DNA of 64,000 nucleotides from a bacterium (GTDB lineage: Bacteria; CLD3; SB21). The position numbers and the translations under genes were made by a program. Location: positions 104,470-168,469 of the forward strand of contig JABWCP010000006.1 in the NCBI GenBank assembly GCA_013360215.1. Reading direction: 5' to 3'. Below the pieces are notes generated by a model. That model saw only the letters and a list, made by a program, of their open reading frames with translations, did not search any database and was not told the origin of the DNA. Below, piece by piece: positions 38,961 to 48,638 of the stretch; the first letter of the stretch is position 1, and each line of letters starts with the position of its first letter.

Positions 38961-39623
38961 ATGGCGCGTGCCGGTTCGATAATACGCTCGTCCTCCGGAA
39001 AAGATATTTTTACGCGGCGAGATAAAGATTTTTTCGAATTTTTTGGGCAACTCGAATCGGTAGAAAATAAGTTTAACACCTATCTCACGCGGTTCAAATA
39101 TCCCAAGCGTGAAAAATATCTTATTCGCAAAGCCTACGACTTTTCATCACTGGCTCACAAAGGACAATTGCGCAACGACGGGGCGCCCTATATCATCCAT
39201 CCGATTCGTGTGGCGTCCATCCTTTTGCATGAATTGTCAGTTACTTCGGCGGACATGATTTGCTCTGCGCTTTTGCACGATGTGATCGAAGATTGTGGCA
39301 TCACAGAAAATGAGATAAAAAATAATTTTAATGAGTCGGTAGCCTCGATGGTACGCACACTTACCAAAAATCCGAATCTCAGTAATGCTAAGCGCGTATA
39401 TTTTGAAGCGATCATGCAGGCTGAAGATCACATACGCCTCGTAAAGCTTTGTGACCGCTTAGATAACCTTCGTTCACTACGGTTAATACGCAATAAAGCC
39501 AAAACAACCCGCTACATTAAAGAAACCGAAGGGCAATATCTGCCCATAGCGGCGGAGATCAGCCCGTATCTTTTTCGTGAATTACGATTTGAAATACAAT
39601 ATCAACGAACACGTTACCGATAA
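38961..39623 (+). CDS. Stand-alone RelA/SpoT-type HD hydrolase (small alarmone hydrolase-like)
   Basis: AHKGQLR...PYIIHPIRVA, ALLHDVIED, VKLCDRLDNLR; no synthetase domain. Confidence 0.88.
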   Translation: MARAGSIIRSSSGKDIFTRRDKDFFEFFGQLESVENKFNTYLTRFKYPKREKYLIRKAYDFSSLAHKGQLRNDGAPYIIHPIRVASILLHELSVTSADMICSALLHDVIEDCGITENEIKNNFNESVASMVRTLTKNPNLSNAKRVYFEAIMQAEDHIRLVKLCDRLDNLRSLRLIRNKAKTTRYIKETEGQYLPIAAEISPYLFRELRFEIQYQRTRYR

Positions 39624-39662
39624 ATACTCATATAAACGAATTTCACTAAATATGGAGTTGCA

Positions 39663-40187
39663 ATGAAAGAACGCGCAGGACATCTCAGCATCAAAGGAAA
39701 ACCTCTTACATGGTTAGGCGAAGAAATCAAAGCCGGGCAAAAGGCACCCGATTATAGAGTGCGTACGGGGTTTGGCCCCGAAGCAACCGTTACGTTAGCT
39801 GATTCCAAAGGTAAAATCCGAATTATCTCGGTCGCGCCTTCACTGGATACCGGTGTATGTGAAATGCAAGCCATTCGGTTTAACCAAGAAGTGGAAAAAT
39901 TAGGCGCCGATATCGAAGTGCATCAGATCACGGTTGATTTGCCGCCGGCCATGACTCGCTTTTGTAATACCAAATTAAACGGCAACGTGAAGATCAAAAC
40001 TTTTTCGGACTATGCGGAACGTTCGTTCGGTCAGGCGTATGGTTTTTTGATCAAAGAATGGCAAACGTTAGGGCGTGGTATCGTCATCATAGATAAAAAC
40101 GATACCGTCGCGTATGTGGAGTATTGTCCAAAAATCGAAGAGTTGCCCAACTTTGATGCGGCGTTATCAGCGTTAAAAGGATTGTAA
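39663..40187 (+). CDS. tpx: Thiol peroxidase
   Basis: GQKAPD, PSLDTGVC, DLPPAMTRFC, FGQAYG. Confidence 0.93.
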   Translation: MKERAGHLSIKGKPLTWLGEEIKAGQKAPDYRVRTGFGPEATVTLADSKGKIRIISVAPSLDTGVCEMQAIRFNQEVEKLGADIEVHQITVDLPPAMTRFCNTKLNGNVKIKTFSDYAERSFGQAYGFLIKEWQTLGRGIVIIDKNDTVAYVEYCPKIEELPNFDAALSALKGL

Positions 40188-40204
40188 TCATCTGTTAACA
40201 TCAT

Positions 40205-40236
40205 AAAAAAACCTCCGCTACAACGGAGGTTTTTTT
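40205..40236. terminator. Bidirectional intrinsic terminator
   Basis: A-run, ACCTCCG-CTACAA-CGGAGGT, T-run; lies between tpx and the convergent operon. Confidence 0.85.
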
Positions 40237-40261
40237 ATAGCCCTAATCACGCTTCAAATAA

Positions 40262-40690
40262 TTAATTTTTAAATAAACCGTTAATAAACTCTTCGATAGT
40301 CCGTGGACGGGCGGGCGCTTCTTCTTGGATCAAAGGGGAAGATGTGGGGTTTGCTTTTGTTTCTACCATATCAATAGAAATAACCTCGTCGGGAATCCAC
40401 TCCGGTTCTGTTTTCACAGGAGTACTGCGAAATGCACGACGTGTACTGAGCGATGAATTGAAAAACGATTCGATGGTATGGCTCGGTGGTGTTGCCGTCG
40501 TAGCGACGATATCCGTACCTAAAGGCTGCAAAAAATCCAGCATAGTAAGAATATCTTTACTGAAAAAGTCATTCGCCAAAGCCGGTGCGGTTTGTACTGA
40601 CTTTTTAGTCGTACGTCGCATGGATGTAAATTGACTGAGGAGATGGGCTGCTATGCCGGTCTCTTCAAACGGTTTTGGTTTAGTATTCAT
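40262..40690 (-). CDS. Hypothetical Pro/Thr/Ser-rich, likely disordered protein
   Basis: ATG 40690 is 5 nt after the V4R stop; repeated TIExFxN motif; followed by the terminator. Confidence 0.65.
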   Translation of the reverse strand: MNTKPKPFEETGIAAHLLSQFTSMRRTTKKSVQTAPALANDFFSKDILTMLDFLQPLGTDIVATTATPPSHTIESFFNSSLSTRRAFRSTPVKTEPEWIPDEVISIDMVETKANPTSSPLIQEEAPARPRTIEEFINGLFKN

Positions 40691-40695
40691 TCCGT

Positions 40696-41349
40696 TCAAC
40701 CTTCGAATTCTTTTTTGACTTTTTCAAACGCGTCCAACGGTGTCGTTTTACCTGAAATGCGCGCTTTGACCATCGCGATGGTTTCCTCATTATCGAGCAA
40801 AAAGGAGCAATGTTCGTAACCTTCGTTTTTACAGGTAATCTCAATGCAAGCCAGGGGCATATTGGATATGCGGGAAAAAATACCGGCAAAAAAACCGGCG
40901 TATAATGCGCACGACGTGTGAGGCTTTGAATCATGTGTTTGCGATTGCAACATTTCCACCCATAACGAATGGTATAAATCAACAAATAGAAAATCATCGC
41001 GACGTTTAAGTTCAAAATTGCCCCAGCCCAACGCTGCAAGGTGATTGGTAAAAAGGCGATGAAAATCCGGCATGGGGATTTCACGAATGGATTTCGCATC
41101 AGGGTGCATGGTCAACGCCAGCGTTTCAATTTTGGCGTAAACCGAGTTGCCCCATTGTACGCCGGTACGGTAGAGGGCATCCTGATCGTGCGCTGCATAC
41201 AGGCGCGCGAAAGACTGTTGTAATGCCTTGAGGAAAACGGTATCAACGGCAAAACTCCGATTTGTGTTTTGAACGAAAATTTCAGCGCTCACGGGGGAAA
41301 AAGCCGTATAATTTTCCGGTAATGCAAATTCGTACGATGTAGTTTCCAT
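40696..41349 (-). CDS. V4R-domain protein (Cys/Glu metal ligands intact)
   Basis: LYRTGVQWG, ALGWGNFEL, SCALYAGFFAGIFS...CIEITC...EHCSFLL. Confidence 0.88.
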   Translation of the reverse strand: METTSYEFALPENYTAFSPVSAEIFVQNTNRSFAVDTVFLKALQQSFARLYAAHDQDALYRTGVQWGNSVYAKIETLALTMHPDAKSIREIPMPDFHRLFTNHLAALGWGNFELKRRDDFLFVDLYHSLWVEMLQSQTHDSKPHTSCALYAGFFAGIFSRISNMPLACIEITCKNEGYEHCSFLLDNEETIAMVKARISGKTTPLDAFEKVKKEFEG

Positions 41350-41371
41350 AATTTCCGTTTGGTTACAGCAG

Positions 41372-42205
41372 TTAATTGGATACCGAGTTTAACCGCAATG
41401 GGGTTTCAGAAAATTGAATGGCGATTTCCGATGCTAAGCCTTGATAGGCCTGAAAAGCGGCGGATTGCGCTTCGATTTCCGTCAATACCGAAGTAATATT
41501 TTCGTGACCTGCAAAAAGCAAATTGATGACAGGGTCGCGCGGTATGGCCTGTTTAAAAACGATATCCTCTTCAAAAAAATCTCGTATTTGTTGTGCGACC
41601 ATTTCGGAAGCCGGACTTTGATGATCATACATAGTCAGCAGGATACCCGCCATAGCAAGATCGGGATTATGTTCCTTTTTGATCGCGATGAGCTGACGCA
41701 GTAGCTGGGGTAAGGTACGCAGGCTGAGGGGTTCGCTCTGGACCGGTATGATGACATAGTCCGAAGCGGCGAGTGCGCCTGCGGAGACAAGGCCGATACC
41801 CGGAGGGCAATCAATAAGCACCGTATCGTAGTGCTGAGCGGCTTGTATGACCGCTTCGCGGAATAAACCGGTAGCCCGCGTAGCATCCTCGTAAAGTTCG
41901 ATGTCGGAGCTGCGTGCAGAAATGCCGCAATCAATGACAGAAAGATTTTCGATCATAGAAGGTTGAGCTGCTTCGGCGATATCCATAGCGCCGCAGAAGA
42001 CCTGATACAATCCGTTTCGCCCCTGATCCTGATCGCGACGCATATCGTAGTAGCGATCCAGACAAAACGAGATACCGCCTTGCGGATCCGCATCAATGAT
42101 CAGTGTTTTTTTGTTTAACCGTGAAAAAGCTATGCCGAGGCTCAAGGCTGTCGTGGTTTTGCCGACACCACCTTTTTGACTGGCTATGCTGAAAATCTGG
42201 CCCAT
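41372..42205 (-). CDS. ParA-family ATPase
   Basis: QKGGVGKTT, IDADPQG, LIDCPP, IIPVQSEP, LLTMYD. Confidence 0.92.
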   Translation of the reverse strand: MGQIFSIASQKGGVGKTTTALSLGIAFSRLNKKTLIIDADPQGGISFCLDRYYDMRRDQDQGRNGLYQVFCGAMDIAEAAQPSMIENLSVIDCGISARSSDIELYEDATRATGLFREAVIQAAQHYDTVLIDCPPGIGLVSAGALAASDYVIIPVQSEPLSLRTLPQLLRQLIAIKKEHNPDLAMAGILLTMYDHQSPASEMVAQQIRDFFEEDIVFKQAIPRDPVINLLFAGHENITSVLTEIEAQSAAFQAYQGLASEIAIQFSETPLRLNSVSN

Positions 42206-42212
42206 GTATAGA

Positions 42213-42857
42213 TCAGAGGAGATGTTGATTGTGATACTGCGTTAATATATCGGCTTCAGTAAGACCGGCATTGATCTGCGTGCGAATATCTTCGATCACT
42301 TCGGTTGTACTGAGGGCAAACCGCCAGTGTTCAGGTGTATTGGATAAAAATGTGCTGCTGAGCGCGCGACCGGCGATACCTGAAAAAAGGGTTGAAAAAA
42401 AACCGGCAAAACTCGTCGAGGCATATATTTGTTTGTGTTCGTCCGACGGGCGCCATGGGTTTTTCAGATCAATGATGTAAAATTTATTCCCTTCCAGTAT
42501 ACGAAACTGGCCAACGCCCAAATAACTGAAATTAGAATTGAGATGCTCGACAAATTCGTCTTTTAGCAGCGCTTGAGGCTCTGATGCATGCTCACCGCCG
42601 GCCTGTGCCAATTGAGTTTTCAACCGTTCCAAAAAAGAATTGCCCCAATCAGCGCCAAACTGATAAAAGCGTTCACGTGTTTGATCAGGCGTTGAATTTT
42701 CAGAAAAAACGGAAAATAGAGCTTCAAAAAAATCATGATCGGCGATACCGATCCGTCGTGCCGTCGGCGTAAAAAAGTCCGAAAGAGCAATGGAGCCGGT
42801 AGCATGATCTATCTGCATGTGATTTCGTATGGCCGCTTCAATGGGATTCGTAGGCAT
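42213..42857 (-). CDS. Degenerate V4R-like protein (no Cys ligands)
   Basis: FYQFGADWGNSF, YLGVGQFRI, IDLKNPW and AGFFSTLFS parallel the motifs of the 40696-41349 protein. Confidence 0.7.
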   Translation of the reverse strand: MPTNPIEAAIRNHMQIDHATGSIALSDFFTPTARRIGIADHDFFEALFSVFSENSTPDQTRERFYQFGADWGNSFLERLKTQLAQAGGEHASEPQALLKDEFVEHLNSNFSYLGVGQFRILEGNKFYIIDLKNPWRPSDEHKQIYASTSFAGFFSTLFSGIAGRALSSTFLSNTPEHWRFALSTTEVIEDIRTQINAGLTEADILTQYHNQHLL

Positions 42858-42989
42858 GAGTTCGATTTATTACCCGATAATGTAAAACGCGTTAATGCGG
42901 CAAACTAATTGATTTTTCGATGGAAAGCAACGCGAAAATCTTTTGTATTTTTGAGTAAAATTAATATTTTAGAAAAAAGAAATCAATAC

Positions 42990-44339
42990 ATGCAAGACCT
43001 GTCAAACGAAAAAACTGTTCAAATGGTGAAGCGTGTGGCCAGTGTTGTGGTAACCGTCGTTATCATGATAGCTTTGCGCTATTCTACATTGATAACAGAA
43101 TCGGATCCGGCCGTTTTTTCGGTGACATTGTTGGGTCTAATGCTCGTACTTTCATTTAATATCGGCAAATTACTTTCCAGACTTAACCTTCCGACATTAA
43201 CCATTTACCTGATAACCGGGATCTTGTGCGGTCCGTTTGTGCTTGGATTCTTGAGTTCTGCTACTATTGATAACCTGAAGTTTATAGATACACTAGCGCT
43301 TGGATTGATTGCTTTTATCGCTGGGGGAGAACTCCGTGTTAAAGAGTTATTGAGATTAAAAAAAGTGCTTGTCAGTATTTCGTTAATGGAAACGTTGGTG
43401 GTCTTTATATTTTGTGCAGTTGGTTTTATCACAATTACCCCATTATTGCCTTTTACCCAATCTCAGACTTTTTTTTTGAATAGCCTCATTGCATTGATCA
43501 TGGCCGCATTACTTGTGGCCAATTCCCCGGCTGTAACGATAGGAATCATCGGCGAATATAAAAGCAATGGAGTTTTGACGGAGACCATATTAGGTTCGGT
43601 TATTTTTAAAGATATTATTGTTATTGTCTTGTTTGCAACCGTTACAACCTTTGTAATGATTTCGCTCGATTCGACCGCGGAGTGGAGCATGATGGTTTTC
43701 ATAAAGACGATAGGTTATGAAATCGGGATGTCAATCGTGGCCGGATTGGGTGTTGGATTTCTTGTGTATTTGTACATACGATTTATCGGAGAACAACCCG
43801 TTTTATTTGTAATCGGCGCGGCATTTATGTCTTACGAAATAGCGCGCCAATTTCATTTAGAAGTACTTTTGGTCGGTGTGAGTGCAGGTTTTGCGGTTCA
43901 AAATTTTACCAAACAAGGGGAAGCATTAGTCGAGCATGTGGAGGAAAGCCTCCCAATCGTTTATCCGATTTTTTTTGCCATCGCAGGAGCGAAGATTAAT
44001 TTGCCGTTAATGCTTGAATTGTGGTATCTTGCATTGTTTTTGACCGTGATCCGAGTTTTGGGAATTTATGTTGGCGTACGAAAAGGTGCACGCCTGGCAT
44101 CAGCTCCCGAATCGGTTCAAAAATACGCATGGATGGGTTTTGTTTCACAGGCAGGTGTGGCCTTAGGATTAGCGACAATAGTTAATAACAAATTTCCGGA
44201 GTGGGGAGGTTATTTGCAGACAATTCTGTTGTCGGTTATTGGAATAAATCAACTGGTAGGCCCGATCTTACTACAAAGAGCGCTTGATAAAGCCGGAGAA
44301 ATAAGTAAACCAATTCCTCAAAGCTCTATTTTAAATTAA
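42990..44339 (+). CDS. Cation:proton antiporter (CPA2-like)
   Basis: Many TM helices; GILCGP, IAFIAGGEL, SPAVT, FFAIAGA, QAGVALGLA. Confidence 0.88.
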   Translation: MQDLSNEKTVQMVKRVASVVVTVVIMIALRYSTLITESDPAVFSVTLLGLMLVLSFNIGKLLSRLNLPTLTIYLITGILCGPFVLGFLSSATIDNLKFIDTLALGLIAFIAGGELRVKELLRLKKVLVSISLMETLVVFIFCAVGFITITPLLPFTQSQTFFLNSLIALIMAALLVANSPAVTIGIIGEYKSNGVLTETILGSVIFKDIIVIVLFATVTTFVMISLDSTAEWSMMVFIKTIGYEIGMSIVAGLGVGFLVYLYIRFIGEQPVLFVIGAAFMSYEIARQFHLEVLLVGVSAGFAVQNFTKQGEALVEHVEESLPIVYPIFFAIAGAKINLPLMLELWYLALFLTVIRVLGIYVGVRKGARLASAPESVQKYAWMGFVSQAGVALGLATIVNNKFPEWGGYLQTILLSVIGINQLVGPILLQRALDKAGEISKPIPQSSILN

Positions 44340-44366
44340 TAGAAGTAAAGATCGTTATAAATTATT

Positions 44367-44891
44367 ATGGCTAAATTTGTCGTTCATATCGCTAAAGAAT
44401 ATTTGAAATTCAGCGCTGCACATTTTACTATTTTCAGTGACCATGCGTTGGAGATGCTTCACGGGCATAATTACTATGTAAGCCTGGATGTTGAATTTCG
44501 GGACAGCGCTAACGGAATCACAATAGATTTTAAACATCTTAAGAAAATCATGGAAGCCTTATGTGACGAATTAGATGAAAAGGTTCTATTGCCATCGGAA
44601 TCGCCGTATCTAAAGATTGAAAAAAGAACTGACAATTTTTATGTTGTTTTTCACGGTGAAGGATTTAGAAAAGAGTATCAATTTCCGTGCGAAGATGTAG
44701 AAATTCTGCCGGTGAATAATATCAGCTCTGAAATGCTTGCAAAACAATTGTGTGAATCGTTTTGTGAAAAACTAATGCAAACATGGCATCAACTTAAACC
44801 CGGTCGTGAAATCCCTGAGACATTAATCGCAATACATGTCGGTGTCGAAGAAACACGAGGCCAAGCCGTCAAATACATTTGGGAGTATTGA
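44367..44891 (+). CDS. 6-pyruvoyl-tetrahydropterin synthase family protein, PTPS-III-type active site
   Basis: FSAAHF, EMLHGHNY, IDFKHLK, SSEMLA, VEET. Confidence 0.85.
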   Translation: MAKFVVHIAKEYLKFSAAHFTIFSDHALEMLHGHNYYVSLDVEFRDSANGITIDFKHLKKIMEALCDELDEKVLLPSESPYLKIEKRTDNFYVVFHGEGFRKEYQFPCEDVEILPVNNISSEMLAKQLCESFCEKLMQTWHQLKPGREIPETLIAIHVGVEETRGQAVKYIWEY

Positions 44892-44897
44892 TTGTTA

Positions 44898-46433
44898 ATG
44901 GGAAAATTGGATCTTAGAGAATTTGAAAAGACCATATCCGTTCGAACGCTTACGCTTGAGGATTTCGATAAAGTTACCGAATTACAGTTGCGCTGTTTTC
45001 CGGGAATGAAACCTTGGTCCTTGGATCAATTTGAAAGTCAAATTCGTATTTTTTCAGATGGTCAGATATGCGTAGAATATCGTGGCGTATTGGTGGCCTC
45101 TTCATCGAGCCTCATACTTGATTTTGATCCATACAAGAACTGGCACAGCTGGAAAGAAATTTCAGACAACGGTTATATTCGAAATCATATGATGACCGGC
45201 AACACTCTGTATGGCATCGAGATTATGGTCGATCCGGAATATCGCGGACTTCGCCTTGCGCGTCGGTTGTATGAGGCGCGAAAAGCGATCGCACGAAAGT
45301 ACAACTTAAGAAGCATTATTCTCGGAGGTAGAATTCCCGGTTATGATAAATATGCTGACCAGATGGATGCCAAGACGTATGTAGAAAAAGTCACGAATAA
45401 GGTACTTGTAGATCCGGTTTTGACCACCCAAATTGCAAACGGATTTGTTATAAAACGCATCATTCCTAACTACTTAATGGCGGACACCGAATCCAGAGGT
45501 TATGCTACGTTTCTAGAATGGGTCAATCTTGACTATAAACCCGATTTTACATTTGATGCGAAAAAGGAAATTGTTCGTATATCGGCAGTGCAATATCAAA
45601 TGCGAAATATTAACGATTTTGATGATTTTGCCAAACAATGCGAATATTTTGTTGATGTTGCATCGGATTACCGGTCCGACTTCATTTTGTTTCCTGAAAT
45701 GTTCACAATGCAATTACTTACATTTTTGCCCAATCTTCGTCCTGGGCTAGCCGTTAGAAAGTTGGCTGAGTATACTCCTAAGTACCTTGAGTTATTTAAT
45801 CATCTATCCGTCAAATATAACATAAATATTATTGCAGGTTCTCACTTCACCGTCGAAAATGAAGATTTGTTTAATATCGCTTATTTATTCCGACGTGACG
45901 GTACCATCGGTAAGCAATATAAGCTCCATATTACGCCTAATGAGCGAAAATGGTGGGGTGTCAAACCAGGGAATGTACTTGAAGTTTTCGATACCGATTG
46001 CGGCAAAATTTCTATACAAATATGTTATGATATTGAGTTTCCTGAATTAACACGAATAGCTGTTGAAAAAGGAGCTCAGATTGTTTTAGTACCGTTTTGT
46101 ACCGATGAAAGATATGCATATTTACGTGTGCGTTATTGCGCCCAAGCAAGATGTGTCGAAAATCAGATATATGCCGTTATTGCAGGTAGCGTGGGTAATC
46201 TGCCGCATGTAGAAAATCTGGATATCCACTATGCCCAGTCGGCTATTTTTACTCCGTCGGACATTCCATTTACGCGCGACGCGATACAAGCCGAAGCTAC
46301 CCCAAATATTGAGACAGTCATAATTGATGAGATAAATTTAGCCACGTTGCAGAAAAACAGACAATCGGGAAGCGTTTTGAATTGGAATGATCGTCGCACG
46401 GACTTGTTCAATGTGAGTTATCAAGGGGCTTAG
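44898..46433 (+). CDS. GNAT acetyltransferase/carbon-nitrogen hydrolase fusion
   Basis: [15 protein letters not shown] (GNAT); [19 protein letters not shown] (nitrilase triad). Confidence 0.92.
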   Translation: MGKLDLREFEKTISVRTLTLEDFDKVTELQLRCFPGMKPWSLDQFESQIRIFSDGQICVEYRGVLVASSSSLILDFDPYKNWHSWKEISDNGYIRNHMMTGNTLYGIEIMVDPEYRGLRLARRLYEARKAIARKYNLRSIILGGRIPGYDKYADQMDAKTYVEKVTNKVLVDPVLTTQIANGFVIKRIIPNYLMADTESRGYATFLEWVNLDYKPDFTFDAKKEIVRISAVQYQMRNINDFDDFAKQCEYFVDVASDYRSDFILFPEMFTMQLLTFLPNLRPGLAVRKLAEYTPKYLELFNHLSVKYNINIIAGSHFTVENEDLFNIAYLFRRDGTIGKQYKLHITPNERKWWGVKPGNVLEVFDTDCGKISIQICYDIEFPELTRIAVEKGAQIVLVPFCTDERYAYLRVRYCAQARCVENQIYAVIAGSVGNLPHVENLDIHYAQSAIFTPSDIPFTRDAIQAEATPNIETVIIDEINLATLQKNRQSGSVLNWNDRRTDLFNVSYQGA

Positions 46434-46490
46434 AATTTTAAAAAATTATACTTATATTTAAATTAACTATGCAGTAACATAGAGGAATTC

Positions 46491-47558
46491 ATGAAATCCA
46501 AGTCGGTCAAGAAAAACAAACCCACGGTAAAAAGGAATAGTGTAAAATCACAGCCAAAGATGAACGAATCAAAGAGCTCTCTATCCTATCGCGCGCTGGG
46601 CTTGACGCCCGACGATTTGCTGCGCATGTACCGGTTGATGAAACTGACACGCCAGTTTGATCAGGGCATCATACGTCTGTACCGTCAGAATAAAATGATC
46701 GGCGGTGCTTATAGCGGATGGGGTAATGAAGCGACGGCCGTAGGTAGTGCGTATCCGCTTTTGCCGCACGATTATTTGTATCCGATGCATCGCGATATCG
46801 GTGCGCATTTTACCAAAGGTCAGTCAGCCAAAGTTTTGATGCTCAACCATCTTGCCCGTGCGGAAGGCCCGACACGCGGTGTGGACGGTACGGGACATTA
46901 TTATGATAAAAATCTTCGAATCGTCGGTAATATCAGCCATTTGGCAGCAATGATACCTCAAGCCGTGGGTACGGCATTGGCGTCCGTAAAGAAAAAAGAA
47001 AATGCGGTCGTGATCAATTATGTCGGTGACGGCGGTATGAACGTCGGTGAATTTCACGAAGGCCTCAATATGGCCGCGGTATGGAAATTACCCTTTATCC
47101 TGATCATCGAAAACAATCAGTACGCGTATTCCACACCCAATACGTTACAGTTTGCTTGCGAAAGTCCAGTGGATCGTGCATTAGGGTATGGCATACCCGG
47201 CGTCAAAGTGGATGGTACGGATATTTTGGAAGTGTACCGTGTTTGTAAAGAAGCGTTTGAACGGGCGCGTCGCGGTGAAGGGCCGACGTTGATCGAATCG
47301 GTTACGATGCGTATGCGCGGACATGCCGAACACGACGGCCATGAATATTATCCTCCGGGGATCTTGGAAAAATGGGAGAAGAAAGACCCGATCATGCAGT
47401 TTGAGAAATTTCTTAAATCGGAGAAATTACTCACCGATAAAATGATCGAAGACATTGATACGTCAACCAAACAAGAAATTGATGAAGCGATCGAATATGC
47501 CGACAAAGCGCCGTGGCCAGAACCTTCGCAGGCGGCGACGTGGGTGTACGCGGAATAA
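46491..47558 (+). CDS. 2-oxoacid dehydrogenase E1 alpha subunit (copy 1)
   Basis: TPP motif GDGG...ENNQYAYS; RMRGHAEHD. Confidence 0.93.
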   Translation: MKSKSVKKNKPTVKRNSVKSQPKMNESKSSLSYRALGLTPDDLLRMYRLMKLTRQFDQGIIRLYRQNKMIGGAYSGWGNEATAVGSAYPLLPHDYLYPMHRDIGAHFTKGQSAKVLMLNHLARAEGPTRGVDGTGHYYDKNLRIVGNISHLAAMIPQAVGTALASVKKKENAVVINYVGDGGMNVGEFHEGLNMAAVWKLPFILIIENNQYAYSTPNTLQFACESPVDRALGYGIPGVKVDGTDILEVYRVCKEAFERARRGEGPTLIESVTMRMRGHAEHDGHEYYPPGILEKWEKKDPIMQFEKFLKSEKLLTDKMIEDIDTSTKQEIDEAIEYADKAPWPEPSQAATWVYAE

Positions 47559-47597
47559 TTAAATCCTAATATTAACATTGGTAAAAAATACTTACGC

Positions 47598-48626
47598 ATG
47601 ACCGGTCAAAGTAAAACAACGACAAAACCATACGCTCATTCGACGGAACTGGATCTGAAAAAATACGAGCCGACCAAAGAGCAGATGAAAGAAATGTACT
47701 ATTTTATCATGCTCAATCGCGCGTTCGATGATCGCATCGCCAAACTTTACCGCCAAGGTAAAATCATCGGAGCCGCTTACGGCAGCCGCGGGCAGGAAGC
47801 CACCAGCGTGGGTTCGACGTATGCGTTGGGTCCGGATGATATCGTCGGGCCGATTATTCGAAATGCGGGCTCCATCATCGTGCGCGGGCTACCGGTTAAA
47901 AATTTCTTATCTAATTTTGTCGGTCGTTCGACCACTCCGACGCGCGGTCGCGATGGCAATTCGCACTTAGGTGATTTGAATATGGGCGTCTTCGCTCCGA
48001 TTTCACATTTGGGGAGTCTGATCAGCAATATCGCCGGTTGTGCACTGGCATTCAAAATGAAAAACGAACCGCGTGTGGCGCTGACCTATATCGGGGACGG
48101 AGGTACGTCCACAGCCGAGTTTCACGAAGGTATGAATATGGCCGCCGTGATGAAATTACCTTTTATTTGTATTATCGAAAATAATAATTGGGCGTATTCG
48201 ACACCGACGCGAACTCAAGCGATGATCAAAGATTTTGCTATCAAAGGCAAAGCTTACGGCATGGAGGCCATCGTCGTGGACGGCAATGATGTTTTCGAGG
48301 TGTTTCGTACGACACGGTACGCGGCCGAACGCTGTCGAAAAGGTATGGGGCCTATTTTGATCGAAGCGAAAACCATGCGCATGAAAGGTCATGCGGAGCA
48401 CGATGATGCGTTTTATGTTCCCAAAGAACAATTTACAGAATGGCAGAAAAAAGACCCGATCGCGCGTGCAGAAACGTATCTTTTGGATAAAAAATACATG
48501 ACCGCAACTGAAAATGAGGCCTTAAAACAACGTGTGGCGAAAGATATGGAAGAAGCGGAAGAATTTGCACTTAATGCGCCGTTTCCAGCCATGGAAGAAG
48601 CGGTGACCGGAGTATACGCTGATTAA
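47598..48626 (+). CDS. 2-oxoacid dehydrogenase E1 alpha subunit (copy 2)
   Basis: TPP motif GDGGTS...ENNNWAYS; RMKGHAEHD. Confidence 0.93.
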   Translation: MTGQSKTTTKPYAHSTELDLKKYEPTKEQMKEMYYFIMLNRAFDDRIAKLYRQGKIIGAAYGSRGQEATSVGSTYALGPDDIVGPIIRNAGSIIVRGLPVKNFLSNFVGRSTTPTRGRDGNSHLGDLNMGVFAPISHLGSLISNIAGCALAFKMKNEPRVALTYIGDGGTSTAEFHEGMNMAAVMKLPFICIIENNNWAYSTPTRTQAMIKDFAIKGKAYGMEAIVVDGNDVFEVFRTTRYAAERCRKGMGPILIEAKTMRMKGHAEHDDAFYVPKEQFTEWQKKDPIARAETYLLDKKYMTATENEALKQRVAKDMEEAEEFALNAPFPAMEEAVTGVYAD

Positions 48627-48638
48627 GGAGGAGAGACG

